DNA of 64,000 nucleotides from Chitinophagaceae bacterium (lineage in GTDB: Bacteria; Bacteroidota; Bacteroidia; Chitinophagales; REEL01). Of the stretch, positions 1-9,420 are shown one piece after another. The notes under the pieces were generated by a model. That model did no database searches and was not told the DNA's origin. It saw only the letters and a program-made list of their open reading frames with translations. The translations under genes were made by a program, and so were the position numbers. The first letter of the stretch is position 1. Each line of letters opens with the position of its first letter. The DNA is taken from positions 1,891 through 65,890 of the forward strand of contig REEL01000154.1 of NCBI GenBank assembly GCA_007695095.1, written 5' to 3'.

Positions 1-262
1 CTCTTTCTACCTCACCACCAAAATCAGCGTGACCGGGAGTGTCAATTATGTTGATTTTAAAGTCTTTAAAACGAACAGCAACATTCTTAGAAACTATCGT
101 AATCCCCCTTTCTCTTTCAAGTTCATTACTGTCTAAAATCAACTCTTTTTTCTCTTCGTGTTCTTTGAACAACTTTGACTGATATAGCATTGCGTCAACT
201 AAAGTTGTCTTCCCGTGATCTACGTGAGCTATAATAGCTATGTTTCTGATTTTTTGCTTCAC
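1..262 (-). CDS. typA: Translational GTPase TypA/BipA, N-terminal fragment (gene runs off the window start)
   Basis: Reverse-strand translation from GTG at 260-262 reads [29 protein letters not shown]...ERERGITI...[16 protein letters not shown]. The G1 (AHVDHGKT) and G3 (DTPGH) motifs and their context match TypA/BipA. Absent from the ORF track because it is open-ended. Confidence 0.8.
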   Translation of the reverse strand, partial: MKQKIRNIAIIAHVDHGKTTLVDAMLYQSKLFKEHEEKKELILDSNELERERGITIVSKNVAVRFKDFKINIIDTPGHADFGGEVER

Positions 263-280
263 CTTTTTTGAATTTGGGCG

Positions 281-288
281 CAAAGTTA
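281..288 (-). promoter_or_regulatory. Candidate Bacteroidota sigma-A -7 element (TAACTTTG) upstream of typA
   Basis: The minus strand reads TAACTTTG, matching the TAnnTTTG consensus, 18 nt upstream of the typA GTG. I saw no clean -33 TTTG. Confidence 0.35.
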
Positions 289-508
289 CAGCTAAATACT
301 TAGATTATAATCAGTAGCTTCCTTTTTAATTTTATGCTAAATTTTTAAAAAGCTGATAAACAGTCATTTGAGAAAATGTTGTGCTTTTTGTTTTTAGAAA
401 AAAATCTATGAATAGTCGGTAATCACAAAGATTACAGTAAATTTAAAGTACTTAAAAAGACAATCTATGTCTCAAAGAATTCAGAAGTCCTTATTTTTAT
501 GAAAACTT

Positions 509-793
509 ATGGTAGTGAAATTTACGAAACATAACTTAGGAAAATTTGAGCAAATCCTTAAAAATAGCGGTTACATTATCCGCTATGAAAAAGGCAGTTT
601 TAATGCGGGCTATTGTATTTTAGAAAACAAAAAAATAATTGTTATCAATAAGTTTTATTCAACAGAAGCCCGAATAAATTGTATTTTAGACATCATTGAT
701 AATATGGGTATAGATGAAATTATCAGCCTTGATGCTGATAGAAAATGGCTGGGAGCCTGGTTGAAAGTTAAACGGGAAGCCACTAAAGAATAA
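509..793 (+). CDS. Hypothetical small protein (94 aa)
   Basis: Intact ORF in an otherwise non-coding gap, divergent from typA and 25 nt upstream of the next gene. No motif recognised. Confidence 0.5.
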   Translation: MVVKFTKHNLGKFEQILKNSGYIIRYEKGSFNAGYCILENKKIIVINKFYSTEARINCILDIIDNMGIDEIISLDADRKWLGAWLKVKREATKE

Positions 794-818
794 TCCCTTT
801 TTGATTTATTGATAATTC

Positions 819-1604
819 ATGAATTCGGACAAAAAATTGATAACTATAACTTTTTTAGGAACAGGTACTTCTCAGGGTGTTCCTGTGATTGGTTGTGATT
901 GTGAGGTATGTAATTCAGCAGATAAAAAAGATAAGCGATTACGTACATCCATTAATATTCAAAGTGAGCAAACTACTTTAAATATAGATTGCGGACCGGA
1001 TTTTCGTTATCAAATGCTAAAAAACAAAATTAAAAAGATGGATGCCGTGCTTTTTACCCACGGTCATAAAGATCATACCGGCGGACTGGATGATATTCGT
1101 GCTTTTAATTTTTTACAAAAACAGGATATGCTTGTCTTTGCAGATAATGACACAGAAATCACTATTAAAAAGCAATATGATTATATTTTTCAAAACCATC
1201 CTTATCCGGGTGTGCCCAAAGTCAAAATTCATCATTTTGAAAATAAACTCTTTGAAATTAATGAGTTAGAAATACTACCTATACTGGTTTACCATTATAA
1301 AATGCCGGTATTCGGTTTTCGACTAAATGACTTCACATACATCACTGATGCAAATCACATTCCCGAGAAAGAGTATGAAAAAATAAGAGGTACTAAAACT
1401 TTAGTGTTAAATGCGCTCAGAAAAGAAAAACATATTTCTCATTTTACCCTGGAAGAAGCTATTGAAATTATTAAAGACATTAAACCCGAAAAGGCCTATT
1501 TAACACATATCAGTCATCAATTAGGTAAACATGCTGATGTGGAAAAAGAATTACCTGAAAATGTTTCGCTTGCTTATGACGGATTAAAAATTCAAATAAA
1601 CTAA
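819..1604 (+). CDS. MBL-fold metallo-hydrolase (PhnP/GPMB-like)
   Basis: Contains the metallo-beta-lactamase signature THGHKDHTGG (HxHxDH) and an N-terminal GTGTSQGVP glycine-rich segment. Length 261 aa. Confidence 0.85.
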   Translation: MNSDKKLITITFLGTGTSQGVPVIGCDCEVCNSADKKDKRLRTSINIQSEQTTLNIDCGPDFRYQMLKNKIKKMDAVLFTHGHKDHTGGLDDIRAFNFLQKQDMLVFADNDTEITIKKQYDYIFQNHPYPGVPKVKIHHFENKLFEINELEILPILVYHYKMPVFGFRLNDFTYITDANHIPEKEYEKIRGTKTLVLNALRKEKHISHFTLEEAIEIIKDIKPEKAYLTHISHQLGKHADVEKELPENVSLAYDGLKIQIN

Positions 1605-1610
1605 GCCTGT

Positions 1611-4253
1611 TTAATTTCTCAGTATATTAAGTATCCGCCTGTTATCTGTTTTTAAACGAATGTTCTCAATAACATTTGAAACAAGTTCAACGATTTGTTC
1701 GGAATCTTCCATTGAAATCTTAACATCTTTAAAAGGAGCATCGTCTTTAATTTCTTCACCGGTGATTCTTTTTCTGTTAATATCTCTTAAGTCTCTCAGT
1801 AATTCTGCGGCTCTCACTCTGGTCCGGCTTCCTTCACTTTCTGTTATAATATTTTCTATTTGAGGCATGGCAGCTCTCACTCTTGCAAAACTACTGCCCA
1901 GCAAGTATTTATTATATGAAGCCAATAATGAACCCTGTGAACGAAAGCTAAGTCTGTTTAGATTTCGTTGAAAAAATATCTGAGCTTCCGGTATAAAAGA
2001 TTTTGATAACACTTCACCTATGGCCGATATCAAATCCGGATTGTTTGTTTCCAGATTGTTTAAAACGAAATCAATGGCCGTTTCTGCATTAAAATCATAC
2101 AAATTTCTTAGCGCAACCGCTTTAACCATGTATGATTCAACATTCATTAAGTCTCCCAACATTGAGATCGTTTCACGGTCACCAAAGTCTTTGAAAATTC
2201 GTTCTAAAGCAGCTGCACGCACTCTGTTTTCGGGGTCATTATTATAGAGGTCAATTAATTTATTTTTGAAAGAAGACTTCAGGTTTTCCAGTTCGGTTAA
2301 AGGAATACGTTCAATTGCCTGATTCCTGATATACCAATGCTTGTCGTCCAGAGTTTTCGAAATTTCACGGAATACTGTGCGCGAGGTTTTAATATCCTGA
2401 ACTGAAGCCAAAAGACTGTCAAATGCATTTAAGCGGTGAAAAAAATGTTCTGAGCTTTTCAGTTGTTCATAGAGCTGACTTTCACTTTTTCCTTTTTCCA
2501 GAATTTCAGCCAGAAGAATTTGCTCCGGATCTGCTAAAATCAATTTCGGTTCACTTTCAAGCTCCCAATCAAAATCATGATACATCTTTTTAACGTTAAA
2601 AGTTTTTTCTAACCATTCGTTTTCAGTGGTTAAGACTTTGAATGTTATCGGAAAATGAAAAACAGGAATGTCATTTTCAAAATTTTGAATCTGGTTAATT
2701 TTTATGTTTAATTGTCTGCTAGTGGTATCAAACGCATAATTTACATCCAAAACGGGATGACCGGCAGATAAAAACCACTGATTAAAAAAACGATTTAAAT
2801 CGATACCACTTACATCTTCAAGAGCTAATCTCAGGTGATGCACTTCAACAGCTTCTAAAGCATTTTTTGTTAAATATTCCTGTAACCCAAGAAAAAAAGC
2901 TTCGTCTCCAATTTTGTTTCTCAACATGTGCAAAACAAGTCCGCCCTTTTGATAGGAATGCCGGTCAAACATTTCCAAAGGGTCGTTATACTGAAACCTG
3001 ATTAAAGAGTTAATTCGGGAGCGGGCTTCGGATAAATAGGCTCTTCGGTTAAAATGTAATTTATACTGACTTCTTTCTTTGCCATATTTGTAATCAGCCC
3101 ACAGGTATTCACTGTAAGTCGCAAAACCTTCATTTAATACTAAGTTTGACCAGGATTCGCAGGTTACATAATTGCCAAACCAATGGTGAGCCAGTTCGTG
3201 AGCAATGATTCTCTCAAAGTTTCTGTCTTTAAGTTCCGTTTCTGTTCTTTGGACTAAGTCCATGTATACAGAGGCTGAAGTGTTTTCCATTGCGCCTGCA
3301 ACAAAATCGTGCACTATCACCTGAGCATACTTTTCCCAGGGATAATCAACTCCGAAAAGCTCACTAAAAAATTCCATCATTTCAGGTGTATTCCCAAAAA
3401 TGGCCCGGGCATGTTCTTCAAATTCAGGATATACATAATAGTCGACATCCAAATCCCGCCATGTATCACTGACAATTGCATATTCACCTACGGCCATCAT
3501 CATCAAATAAGGAGGGTGGCTTATATCCTGTCTCCAGTAGTCTGTACGCATACCATCACCGACCATTTCAGAGTAATAGAGCTCTCCGTTTGATAAAGTT
3601 TTAAATGAATCATTAACTGTCATGTAAATTTCACTTGTAGTGCGTTGATTGGGTTTGTCTTTAGTCGGAAACCAAAATGAATTGGATTCAGTTTGCCCCT
3701 GTGTCCATATTTGTCTTGGCCTGCCTTCCGTTTTGCCATCATGATTGACAAAATATAAACCCCTGGCGCCCCTTATCGCACCATCTTTAAGAAAGTCCTG
3801 ACTGTAAGGATTTGCGGTGTATTTTATGAAGACTTCAAAGGTGTCGTTTCTGCTGTAAGTCCGGTCAAACGAAATAGTTAATTCTAAAGAGTCATAGGCA
3901 TAATCCAGGTTTGTTTTGACGTCATTTTCCAATAGTTTTACTTCAATGATATCAAATGCCTTAGCATCCAATACAAGTTTATCCTGATTGTAAAAGTGAG
4001 GTGTAAAACGTAAAGTAGCTTCACCGTTTAATCTTCTGTTTTCCCAGTCAAAATCAACTTTTAACCTGGTGTGCAGTAACCGACTGTTAATAGCCGGAGT
4101 TTCAATATAGGCTGTTCTGCCGGAATAAATATTCACCGTATCTAAATCCACTGTCATGGCAATTTCATCCGGATCAATAGCAGTTTTTTTAAACACACTG
4201 CATGAAGTAATGAACAGAATAACTGAAAAAAACAATACGAACCTCATTAACAT
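1611..4253 (-). CDS. M1-family zinc aminopeptidase with C-terminal HEAT-like helical repeats, probable lipoprotein
   Basis: GAMEN exopeptidase motif (AGAMENTS) followed by HELAHHWFGN...NEGFATY (HExxH-x18-E). The N-terminal signal ends in ITSC (lipobox-like). Length 880 aa. Confidence 0.9.
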   Translation of the reverse strand: MLMRFVLFFSVILFITSCSVFKKTAIDPDEIAMTVDLDTVNIYSGRTAYIETPAINSRLLHTRLKVDFDWENRRLNGEATLRFTPHFYNQDKLVLDAKAFDIIEVKLLENDVKTNLDYAYDSLELTISFDRTYSRNDTFEVFIKYTANPYSQDFLKDGAIRGARGLYFVNHDGKTEGRPRQIWTQGQTESNSFWFPTKDKPNQRTTSEIYMTVNDSFKTLSNGELYYSEMVGDGMRTDYWRQDISHPPYLMMMAVGEYAIVSDTWRDLDVDYYVYPEFEEHARAIFGNTPEMMEFFSELFGVDYPWEKYAQVIVHDFVAGAMENTSASVYMDLVQRTETELKDRNFERIIAHELAHHWFGNYVTCESWSNLVLNEGFATYSEYLWADYKYGKERSQYKLHFNRRAYLSEARSRINSLIRFQYNDPLEMFDRHSYQKGGLVLHMLRNKIGDEAFFLGLQEYLTKNALEAVEVHHLRLALEDVSGIDLNRFFNQWFLSAGHPVLDVNYAFDTTSRQLNIKINQIQNFENDIPVFHFPITFKVLTTENEWLEKTFNVKKMYHDFDWELESEPKLILADPEQILLAEILEKGKSESQLYEQLKSSEHFFHRLNAFDSLLASVQDIKTSRTVFREISKTLDDKHWYIRNQAIERIPLTELENLKSSFKNKLIDLYNNDPENRVRAAALERIFKDFGDRETISMLGDLMNVESYMVKAVALRNLYDFNAETAIDFVLNNLETNNPDLISAIGEVLSKSFIPEAQIFFQRNLNRLSFRSQGSLLASYNKYLLGSSFARVRAAMPQIENIITESEGSRTRVRAAELLRDLRDINRKRITGEEIKDDAPFKDVKISMEDSEQIVELVSNVIENIRLKTDNRRILNILRN

Positions 4254-4351
4254 TAGAATTAATTTAAAATAGGGACAAAATTAAGAAAAATACAACATGA
4301 CATAGCTTGTTTAACCTACTTAACCTATATTTGTTTTTAATTGCAAAAAAA

Positions 4352-4828
4352 ATGTACAAACTAAAAGTTAACGAAAATCAGGAATTTTCAATCGATAAAA
4401 AAGAAATCTTAGCCGAAGATATAGTTTGTTGGAAAAAAGGTCACTATCATTTGATTTTGAATGATAAAAACTATGACATTGAGATTTTGAGTTTTGATAA
4501 TACTACAAAATTAATGACTTTGAAACTCAATGAGAAGGTATATGAGGTTTCCATTAAAGATAAGCATGATTTGCTACTGGCTCAATTGGGGATGGATAAT
4601 CCGGATTCCGGCAAAATCTCTGAAATCAAAGCTCCCATGCCCGGTTTGGTTACTAAGTTAATTGCTCAAAAAGGAGATGAACTTGAAAAGGGAAAAGCTG
4701 TTTTAGTACTTGAGGCCATGAAGATGGAAAATGTTTTGAAATCACCGGGCACCGGAAAGATAAAATCTTTTAGTGTTAAACAAGGGGATGCTGTAGAGAA
4801 GAATCAGGTATTAGTTGTTCTTGAGTAA
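4352..4828 (+). CDS. Biotin/lipoyl-attachment domain protein (biotin carboxyl carrier-like)
   Basis: C-terminal biotinylation motif LEAMKMEN. I start at the ATG at 4352 (MYKLKVNE); the ORF-track start at 4307 is a TTG. Confidence 0.8.
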   Translation: MYKLKVNENQEFSIDKKEILAEDIVCWKKGHYHLILNDKNYDIEILSFDNTTKLMTLKLNEKVYEVSIKDKHDLLLAQLGMDNPDSGKISEIKAPMPGLVTKLIAQKGDELEKGKAVLVLEAMKMENVLKSPGTGKIKSFSVKQGDAVEKNQVLVVLE

Positions 4829-4838
4829 ATAATTAAAT

Positions 4839-5933
4839 ATGAAGTGGTCATTATCTTTGGGAAAGCCTTTTGGCATAGCTGTTTTTGTGCATTGGACATT
4901 TTTAATCCTGATAGCCTGGATTGTTTATATGAATGTTCAGCAGGGGCAAGGTATAGAAGAAACATTAGCAGCTATTGTTTTTGTGCTGGCAATCTTTGCC
5001 TGTGTGACTTTTCATGAATACGGTCATGCTTTGGCTGCCAGAAGATACGGCATACAAACGAAACACATTACCCTTTTACCAATAGGCGGAGTAGCCAGCC
5101 TGGAAGAAATGCCGGAAAACCCAAAACAAGAATTAGTTGTAGCTATCGCCGGTCCATTAGTGAATGTGGTAATTGCTTTAATATTATTTCTGGGCCTATA
5201 TTTTACGGGAAATCTTTATTTTGATGCTGAACAAATTGAGTTGGGATATCTGAATTTTCAAAATTTCTTCCTCGGTTTAATGGCTGTTAATATCATACTG
5301 GTAGTTTTCAATATGATTCCTGCATTTCCTATGGATGGGGGAAGAGTCTTTAGAGCTTTGCTGACTTTTAAAATGGGTAGGATTAAAGCGACCAATATCG
5401 CAGCTTTATTGGGACAGATTACAGCTTTTTTCTTTGTAATACTAGGTTTGTTTTATAACCCTTTCATGATTTTTATTGGAATATTTGTCTTTTTAGGTGC
5501 ACAAGCTGAAGCAAATCAGGTCAAAACAAAAGGATTGTTACAAGATTATACCGTAAGGGAAATTATGATGACTAAGCTTCCTATAGTTCAAACTTCTCAG
5601 ACAATTTCAGAGGTGGTAAAAATAATTCTCGACGGACAAGATAAAGAGTTCATAGTAATGGAAAACGAAAATATGAAAGGTATACTCACAAGAAATATGG
5701 TGATAAAAGGACTATCGGAAAAAGGAAATAATGCATTGATTTCCGAAATTGCCTCTACTGATTTTCCTGTTTTATCTCCTGATCAAACCCTGAATGATGT
5801 ATATCATAAAATGATGATTAAAAAGTTTGACATAGCTCCGGTAATGGAAAACGGAGAACTGATTGGAGTGCTGAATACAGAAAATATCTCAGAGTTTATG
5901 ATGGTTAGAAATGCCATGGACAAGAACAAGTAA
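4839..5933 (+). CDS. Site-2 protease family (M50) membrane metalloprotease with C-terminal CBS pair
   Basis: HEYGHAL (HExxH) lies in the first membrane segments, with a later FPMDGGR motif. Several hydrophobic helices are followed by two CBS-like repeats. Confidence 0.85.
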   Translation: MKWSLSLGKPFGIAVFVHWTFLILIAWIVYMNVQQGQGIEETLAAIVFVLAIFACVTFHEYGHALAARRYGIQTKHITLLPIGGVASLEEMPENPKQELVVAIAGPLVNVVIALILFLGLYFTGNLYFDAEQIELGYLNFQNFFLGLMAVNIILVVFNMIPAFPMDGGRVFRALLTFKMGRIKATNIAALLGQITAFFFVILGLFYNPFMIFIGIFVFLGAQAEANQVKTKGLLQDYTVREIMMTKLPIVQTSQTISEVVKIILDGQDKEFIVMENENMKGILTRNMVIKGLSEKGNNALISEIASTDFPVLSPDQTLNDVYHKMMIKKFDIAPVMENGELIGVLNTENISEFMMVRNAMDKNK

Positions 5934-6052
5934 TCTGAACTTTTTACCAAAAAAATCTCTTACAGTAATTATAATCCGGTGTATTTTCATGATTAGCCTT
6001 AGTGTATTACATAGGTCATTTAAATTATGATATATAGACAAATCACAAGCGT

Positions 6053-7084
6053 ATGAAAAAGATAAAAAATATACATATTTATAAATCCGGTTTTTGGATT
6101 TTCTTTAGTTTCAGTATTTTGATGTTAACCTTAAACTTTACAAGTAAGGATGAAGGGTCTGAGTTTGATATTGATTCTGAAGAGGGATTAATGATTACCG
6201 AAAGAGACGTTACTCCTGAATTTGAAAGTAGAGAAACCCGGGTGGAGATGAGAGTTTTGGCTATAAAAGTGCCTGATGAACTTTATTTTGCCGGAGAAAG
6301 AGTGCCTTTGGAGATTTTTGATGTTAGAGAAAGGTTAGACAGGGAATTGTTGGTTAATACTTACTGGCATTCTAATACTCTTCAGTTAATGAAATTGGCT
6401 AACCGCTATTTTCCAACCATAGAATTTATTTTACATCAACATGGAATGCCCGACGATTTTAAATATTTGGCGTTGGTTGAAAGTGGTTTCAGGCATGATG
6501 TTTCTCCGAGGGGAGCTGCCGGATATTGGCAATTTTTAGCCCCTACTGCAAAAGAATTTGGATTAGAAGTTAATGATGACATAGATGAACGATATCATCT
6601 GGAAAAGTCTACCGTTGCAGCTATTAATTATTTAAAAGATGCTTATAAGCGTTTTGATAGCTGGACAATGGCAACAGCTTCATACAATATCGGTATGGCA
6701 AGATTATCAAGGATAGCTGAAAATCAAAAGGCAGATTCTTATTATGACTTATTTCTGAATCAGGAAACAGCACGTTATGTGTTTAGAATATTAGCTCTGA
6801 AAGAAATTTTTAATAATCCGGAGACATACGGTTTTTTTCTTAGTCCGGATGATTTGTATCAGCCCTTGAAGTATGAAACTATAAAAGTAGAAACAAGCGT
6901 TTCAAATTTGGCTGAATTTGCTCAAAAGCACAATACAAACTATAAAACGATTAAGTTATTAAATCCGTGGATAAGGGGTAATGAGATAAAAAATACTAAA
7001 GGAAATAGCTATTTTGTGAAAATGCCATTGAAAGAAGAGATGAAAAAAGCAGATTCGGATATTTATATTGAAGAAACGGATTAG
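6053..7084 (+). CDS. Lytic murein transglycosylase (SLT domain, MltD-like)
   Basis: ALVESGF (catalytic Glu) followed by AAGYWQF and YNIG, the typical goose-lysozyme-like SLT motifs. N-terminal membrane anchor. Confidence 0.8.
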   Translation: MKKIKNIHIYKSGFWIFFSFSILMLTLNFTSKDEGSEFDIDSEEGLMITERDVTPEFESRETRVEMRVLAIKVPDELYFAGERVPLEIFDVRERLDRELLVNTYWHSNTLQLMKLANRYFPTIEFILHQHGMPDDFKYLALVESGFRHDVSPRGAAGYWQFLAPTAKEFGLEVNDDIDERYHLEKSTVAAINYLKDAYKRFDSWTMATASYNIGMARLSRIAENQKADSYYDLFLNQETARYVFRILALKEIFNNPETYGFFLSPDDLYQPLKYETIKVETSVSNLAEFAQKHNTNYKTIKLLNPWIRGNEIKNTKGNSYFVKMPLKEEMKKADSDIYIEETD

Positions 7085-8190
7085 TTGCTATTCTTTGACA
7101 ACGCTATATAGGTCATATCATCCTGGCTGTATTTGCCATTTGTAAAAGAGCCTATTTTTTTCATTAAAACCTCAACAGCATTATTTTTCTTATTTTTCAC
7201 ACAAGAGGATAATAATTCATCTAAGTCATACACTTGCTCAAAGAATTCGTCCTTTTCGTTTTGAGCCTCAGTAATACCGTCTGTATAGGCAAATAACAAA
7301 TCTCCTTTTTCCAATTGAATTTCTTCTGATGACACGTTAAACTCTTCATCAAAAAATCCGATGATGGTACTTCCGGCTTTTAAGTGAATGATTTTTTCAC
7401 CGTTTTCTTTTACAACTATTGGTGGTGGATGGCCGGAGTTTATGCTTTTTAATGTTCCGGTTTTATGATTCAGTAAACCACACCAGGCCGTTACATACTT
7501 TTCGCCTCCGCAAGAATTAAACACAACTTTATTTAGATTCAACAGAAAGCTTTCCAGATTAAAAGTATCTTTCGTCAAATGCGTCTCTAAACAAGCATTA
7601 ATAATTGATACAACAACAGAACCCGCGACTCCTTTGCCTGATACATCGGCTAAAAACAGCAAATCATGATCATCATCTATTTTATGGTAGGTATAAAAAT
7701 CGCCTCCTATGTCTTTAAACCATTTCAAGCCGGCTTCCACTTCATATCCTTTTATGTTAGCTTTTTGCTTTGGTAGTAAAGCTTCAACAACATTTTTTGC
7801 TAAATCAATTTCTTCTTCCAGTTCGTCGTTAAATTCCTTTAACTCATCTTTTAGTTGAAGTATTTTTTCTTCATACTTTTTGTTTTCATATTTATAAAAC
7901 AAGATGCTACCGTATAGAAAAAAGAGTAAAACTACCGGCATAATCGTTGCCTGATAGTACTGTTCAAACTCAAAACCAAAATCGTTATGTCCAACACCGG
8001 CAATATTATGGACAAAGTCAAAGGATAAAATACAGATGACGTTTATAACCAAAGCTGAAATGAAAATCCTTTTTTCATTAAAATCAATCAAAAACAATGG
8101 GATTAAACAGAGCATCAATAAGTAGTACCTGGGCGTGTAAAAGTGATATTCGCTTACTGTAAAATCTGTATTTGGGCTCATTTTTTTCAA
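7081..8190 (-). CDS. Membrane-anchored PP2C/SpoIIE-family serine phosphatase (listed start is TTG; the frame is open further upstream)
   Basis: C-terminal GGDFY...FLADVSGKGVAGS...GHPPP...TDGITE pattern typical of SpoIIE/RsbU PP2C domains. It is preceded by a coiled-coil and about 3 hydrophobic helices. Confidence 0.8.
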   Translation of the reverse strand: MKKMSPNTDFTVSEYHFYTPRYYLLMLCLIPLFLIDFNEKRIFISALVINVICILSFDFVHNIAGVGHNDFGFEFEQYYQATIMPVVLLFFLYGSILFYKYENKKYEEKILQLKDELKEFNDELEEEIDLAKNVVEALLPKQKANIKGYEVEAGLKWFKDIGGDFYTYHKIDDDHDLLFLADVSGKGVAGSVVVSIINACLETHLTKDTFNLESFLLNLNKVVFNSCGGEKYVTAWCGLLNHKTGTLKSINSGHPPPIVVKENGEKIIHLKAGSTIIGFFDEEFNVSSEEIQLEKGDLLFAYTDGITEAQNEKDEFFEQVYDLDELLSSCVKNKKNNAVEVLMKKIGSFTNGKYSQDDMTYIALSKNSN

Positions 8191-8213
8191 AAAAACGATA
8201 ACTAAAAGAACAC

Positions 8214-8507
8214 TCAGCGGTGTAAGGATTGAAAGAAGTAATCTACCGGATTTATAAAACCCATAGAATTCATAACATAGGTGATTACCGGCAACAGATT
8301 TAAGGCACCTAAAAGTAAAATCAACTCCTTATCGGTATGAAAGAAACCAAAAATAACCAGGGAAATATTTATGAATACAAAAATTAGTATGCTCAACTGA
8401 TTAGTGAGTACAATTTTTTTGCGTATCTCATTATTGAGCTCAGGTTTGATGCCTAAGGAGGAAAAATGTTCCCATAGACTTTTTTGAAGAGGAGCAGTAG
8501 TTGACAT
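8214..8507 (-). CDS. Small membrane protein, probably the detached N-terminal part of the downstream PP2C phosphatase
   Basis: 97-aa ORF with two hydrophobic helices. It ends 24 nt before the phosphatase start. The phosphatase frame stays open (no start codon) for about 45 codons overlapping this ORF. Confidence 0.4.
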   Translation of the reverse strand: MSTTAPLQKSLWEHFSSLGIKPELNNEIRKKIVLTNQLSILIFVFINISLVIFGFFHTDKELILLLGALNLLPVITYVMNSMGFINPVDYFFQSLHR

Positions 8508-8603
8508 TTTTGTAATCTTAAATTGTAATTCTAAGTGAATAATTACGTATTTAGGATAAAAAAGTTTTTTAAAAATGAATTTTTAAAAAAAGTGAAAGGG
8601 TTC

Positions 8604-8635
8604 TTTGATAAAAGATTTAAAAAGATTTAACTTTG
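8604..8635 (+). promoter_or_regulatory. Bacteroidota-type sigma-A promoter for tRNA-Phe (TTTG-N20-TAACTTTG)
   Basis: TTTG at 8604-8607 and TAACTTTG at 8628-8635 with a 20-nt spacer, an exact match to the TTTG/TAnnTTTG consensus. The motif ends 18 nt upstream of the tRNA 5' end. Confidence 0.6.
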
Positions 8636-8653
8636 CGACGTTTCTCAGGAGAG

Positions 8654-8726
8654 GGTACGGTAGCTCAGTTGGTAGAGCACAGGACTGAAAATCCTGGTGT
8701 CGGCGGTTCGATCCCGCCCCGTACCA
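8654..8726 (+). tRNA. tRNA-Phe (GAA)
   Basis: Acceptor GGTACGG/CCGTACC, anticodon arm CAGGA-CTGAAAA-TCCTG, T-loop GGTTCGATCC. 73 nt, CCA not encoded. Confidence 0.9.
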
Positions 8727-8736
8727 CAAACAATTT

Positions 8737-8775
8737 GCACTAAGTCTTTGTAATTAAAGGTTTGGTGCTTTTTTG
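8737..8775 (+). terminator. Rho-independent terminator after tRNA-Phe
   Basis: Imperfect stem of about 13 bp (GCACTAAGTCTTT / AAAGGTTTGGTGC, including G-U pairs) followed by TTTTTT. Confidence 0.55.
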
Positions 8776-9420
8776 TTTTTAGGGGGAATTTGGTGGTTTA
8801 ATGCTTGTTTTTGGTGTAAAAGTGATTCCTTTATATCGCTTGTTTACGCTTATTACTTATTAGTATATTGAATTCGAGTTCTCAAAGTAATGTTTTGCAG
8901 AATAATCTTAAATGAATTCGATACTGAACATATCGAGTAGTAAAAAGTTAAACACCCGGAGACTGTAAATAGCTTCGTAATTCCGGTGTATATTAGAAAT
9001 GTAAAAAACATAAACAGATTAAGAAACCCACTAAATATTAGAACTTCTAAAGGGGGGAAGATTTGCCTCTTTAGCAAAGCTTGGTTTTCTTCCTTTTCCA
9101 GTCGTCCGTGTTTTTGTCTGCTTGCATTATGGAAAAGTCAAGCCTGCCCGGGTGTAAAGTTGGTCTGTTAAAATGGATTTTTTAATATTTTGAATGTTTA
9201 TTGTGCTTTTTTTATAAGTGAGAAGTGTCTCTGCGCTTGGCTTGGAAAATAGGGTTGGGTCAGAGGAGGATCGTGTTGTAGCTTAACATGATACTATCAA
9301 ATATGATCAATTTTGTCAGTATGGCTACTATTTTTTGATAGGATAAACTCATACCCAAATTGAAATTTATCTTTATCAATAGTACCTTTAATAACAAAAG
9401 GATTTATAATAAAATCTAAA

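Noticed and set aside
8853-9171. 74-aa (minus) and 61-aa (plus) ORFs downstream of tRNA-Phe as genes
   Set aside because: They are mutually overlapping, with non-ATG or weak starts and no recognisable motif. They are kept only as a low-interest note in the findings and not annotated.
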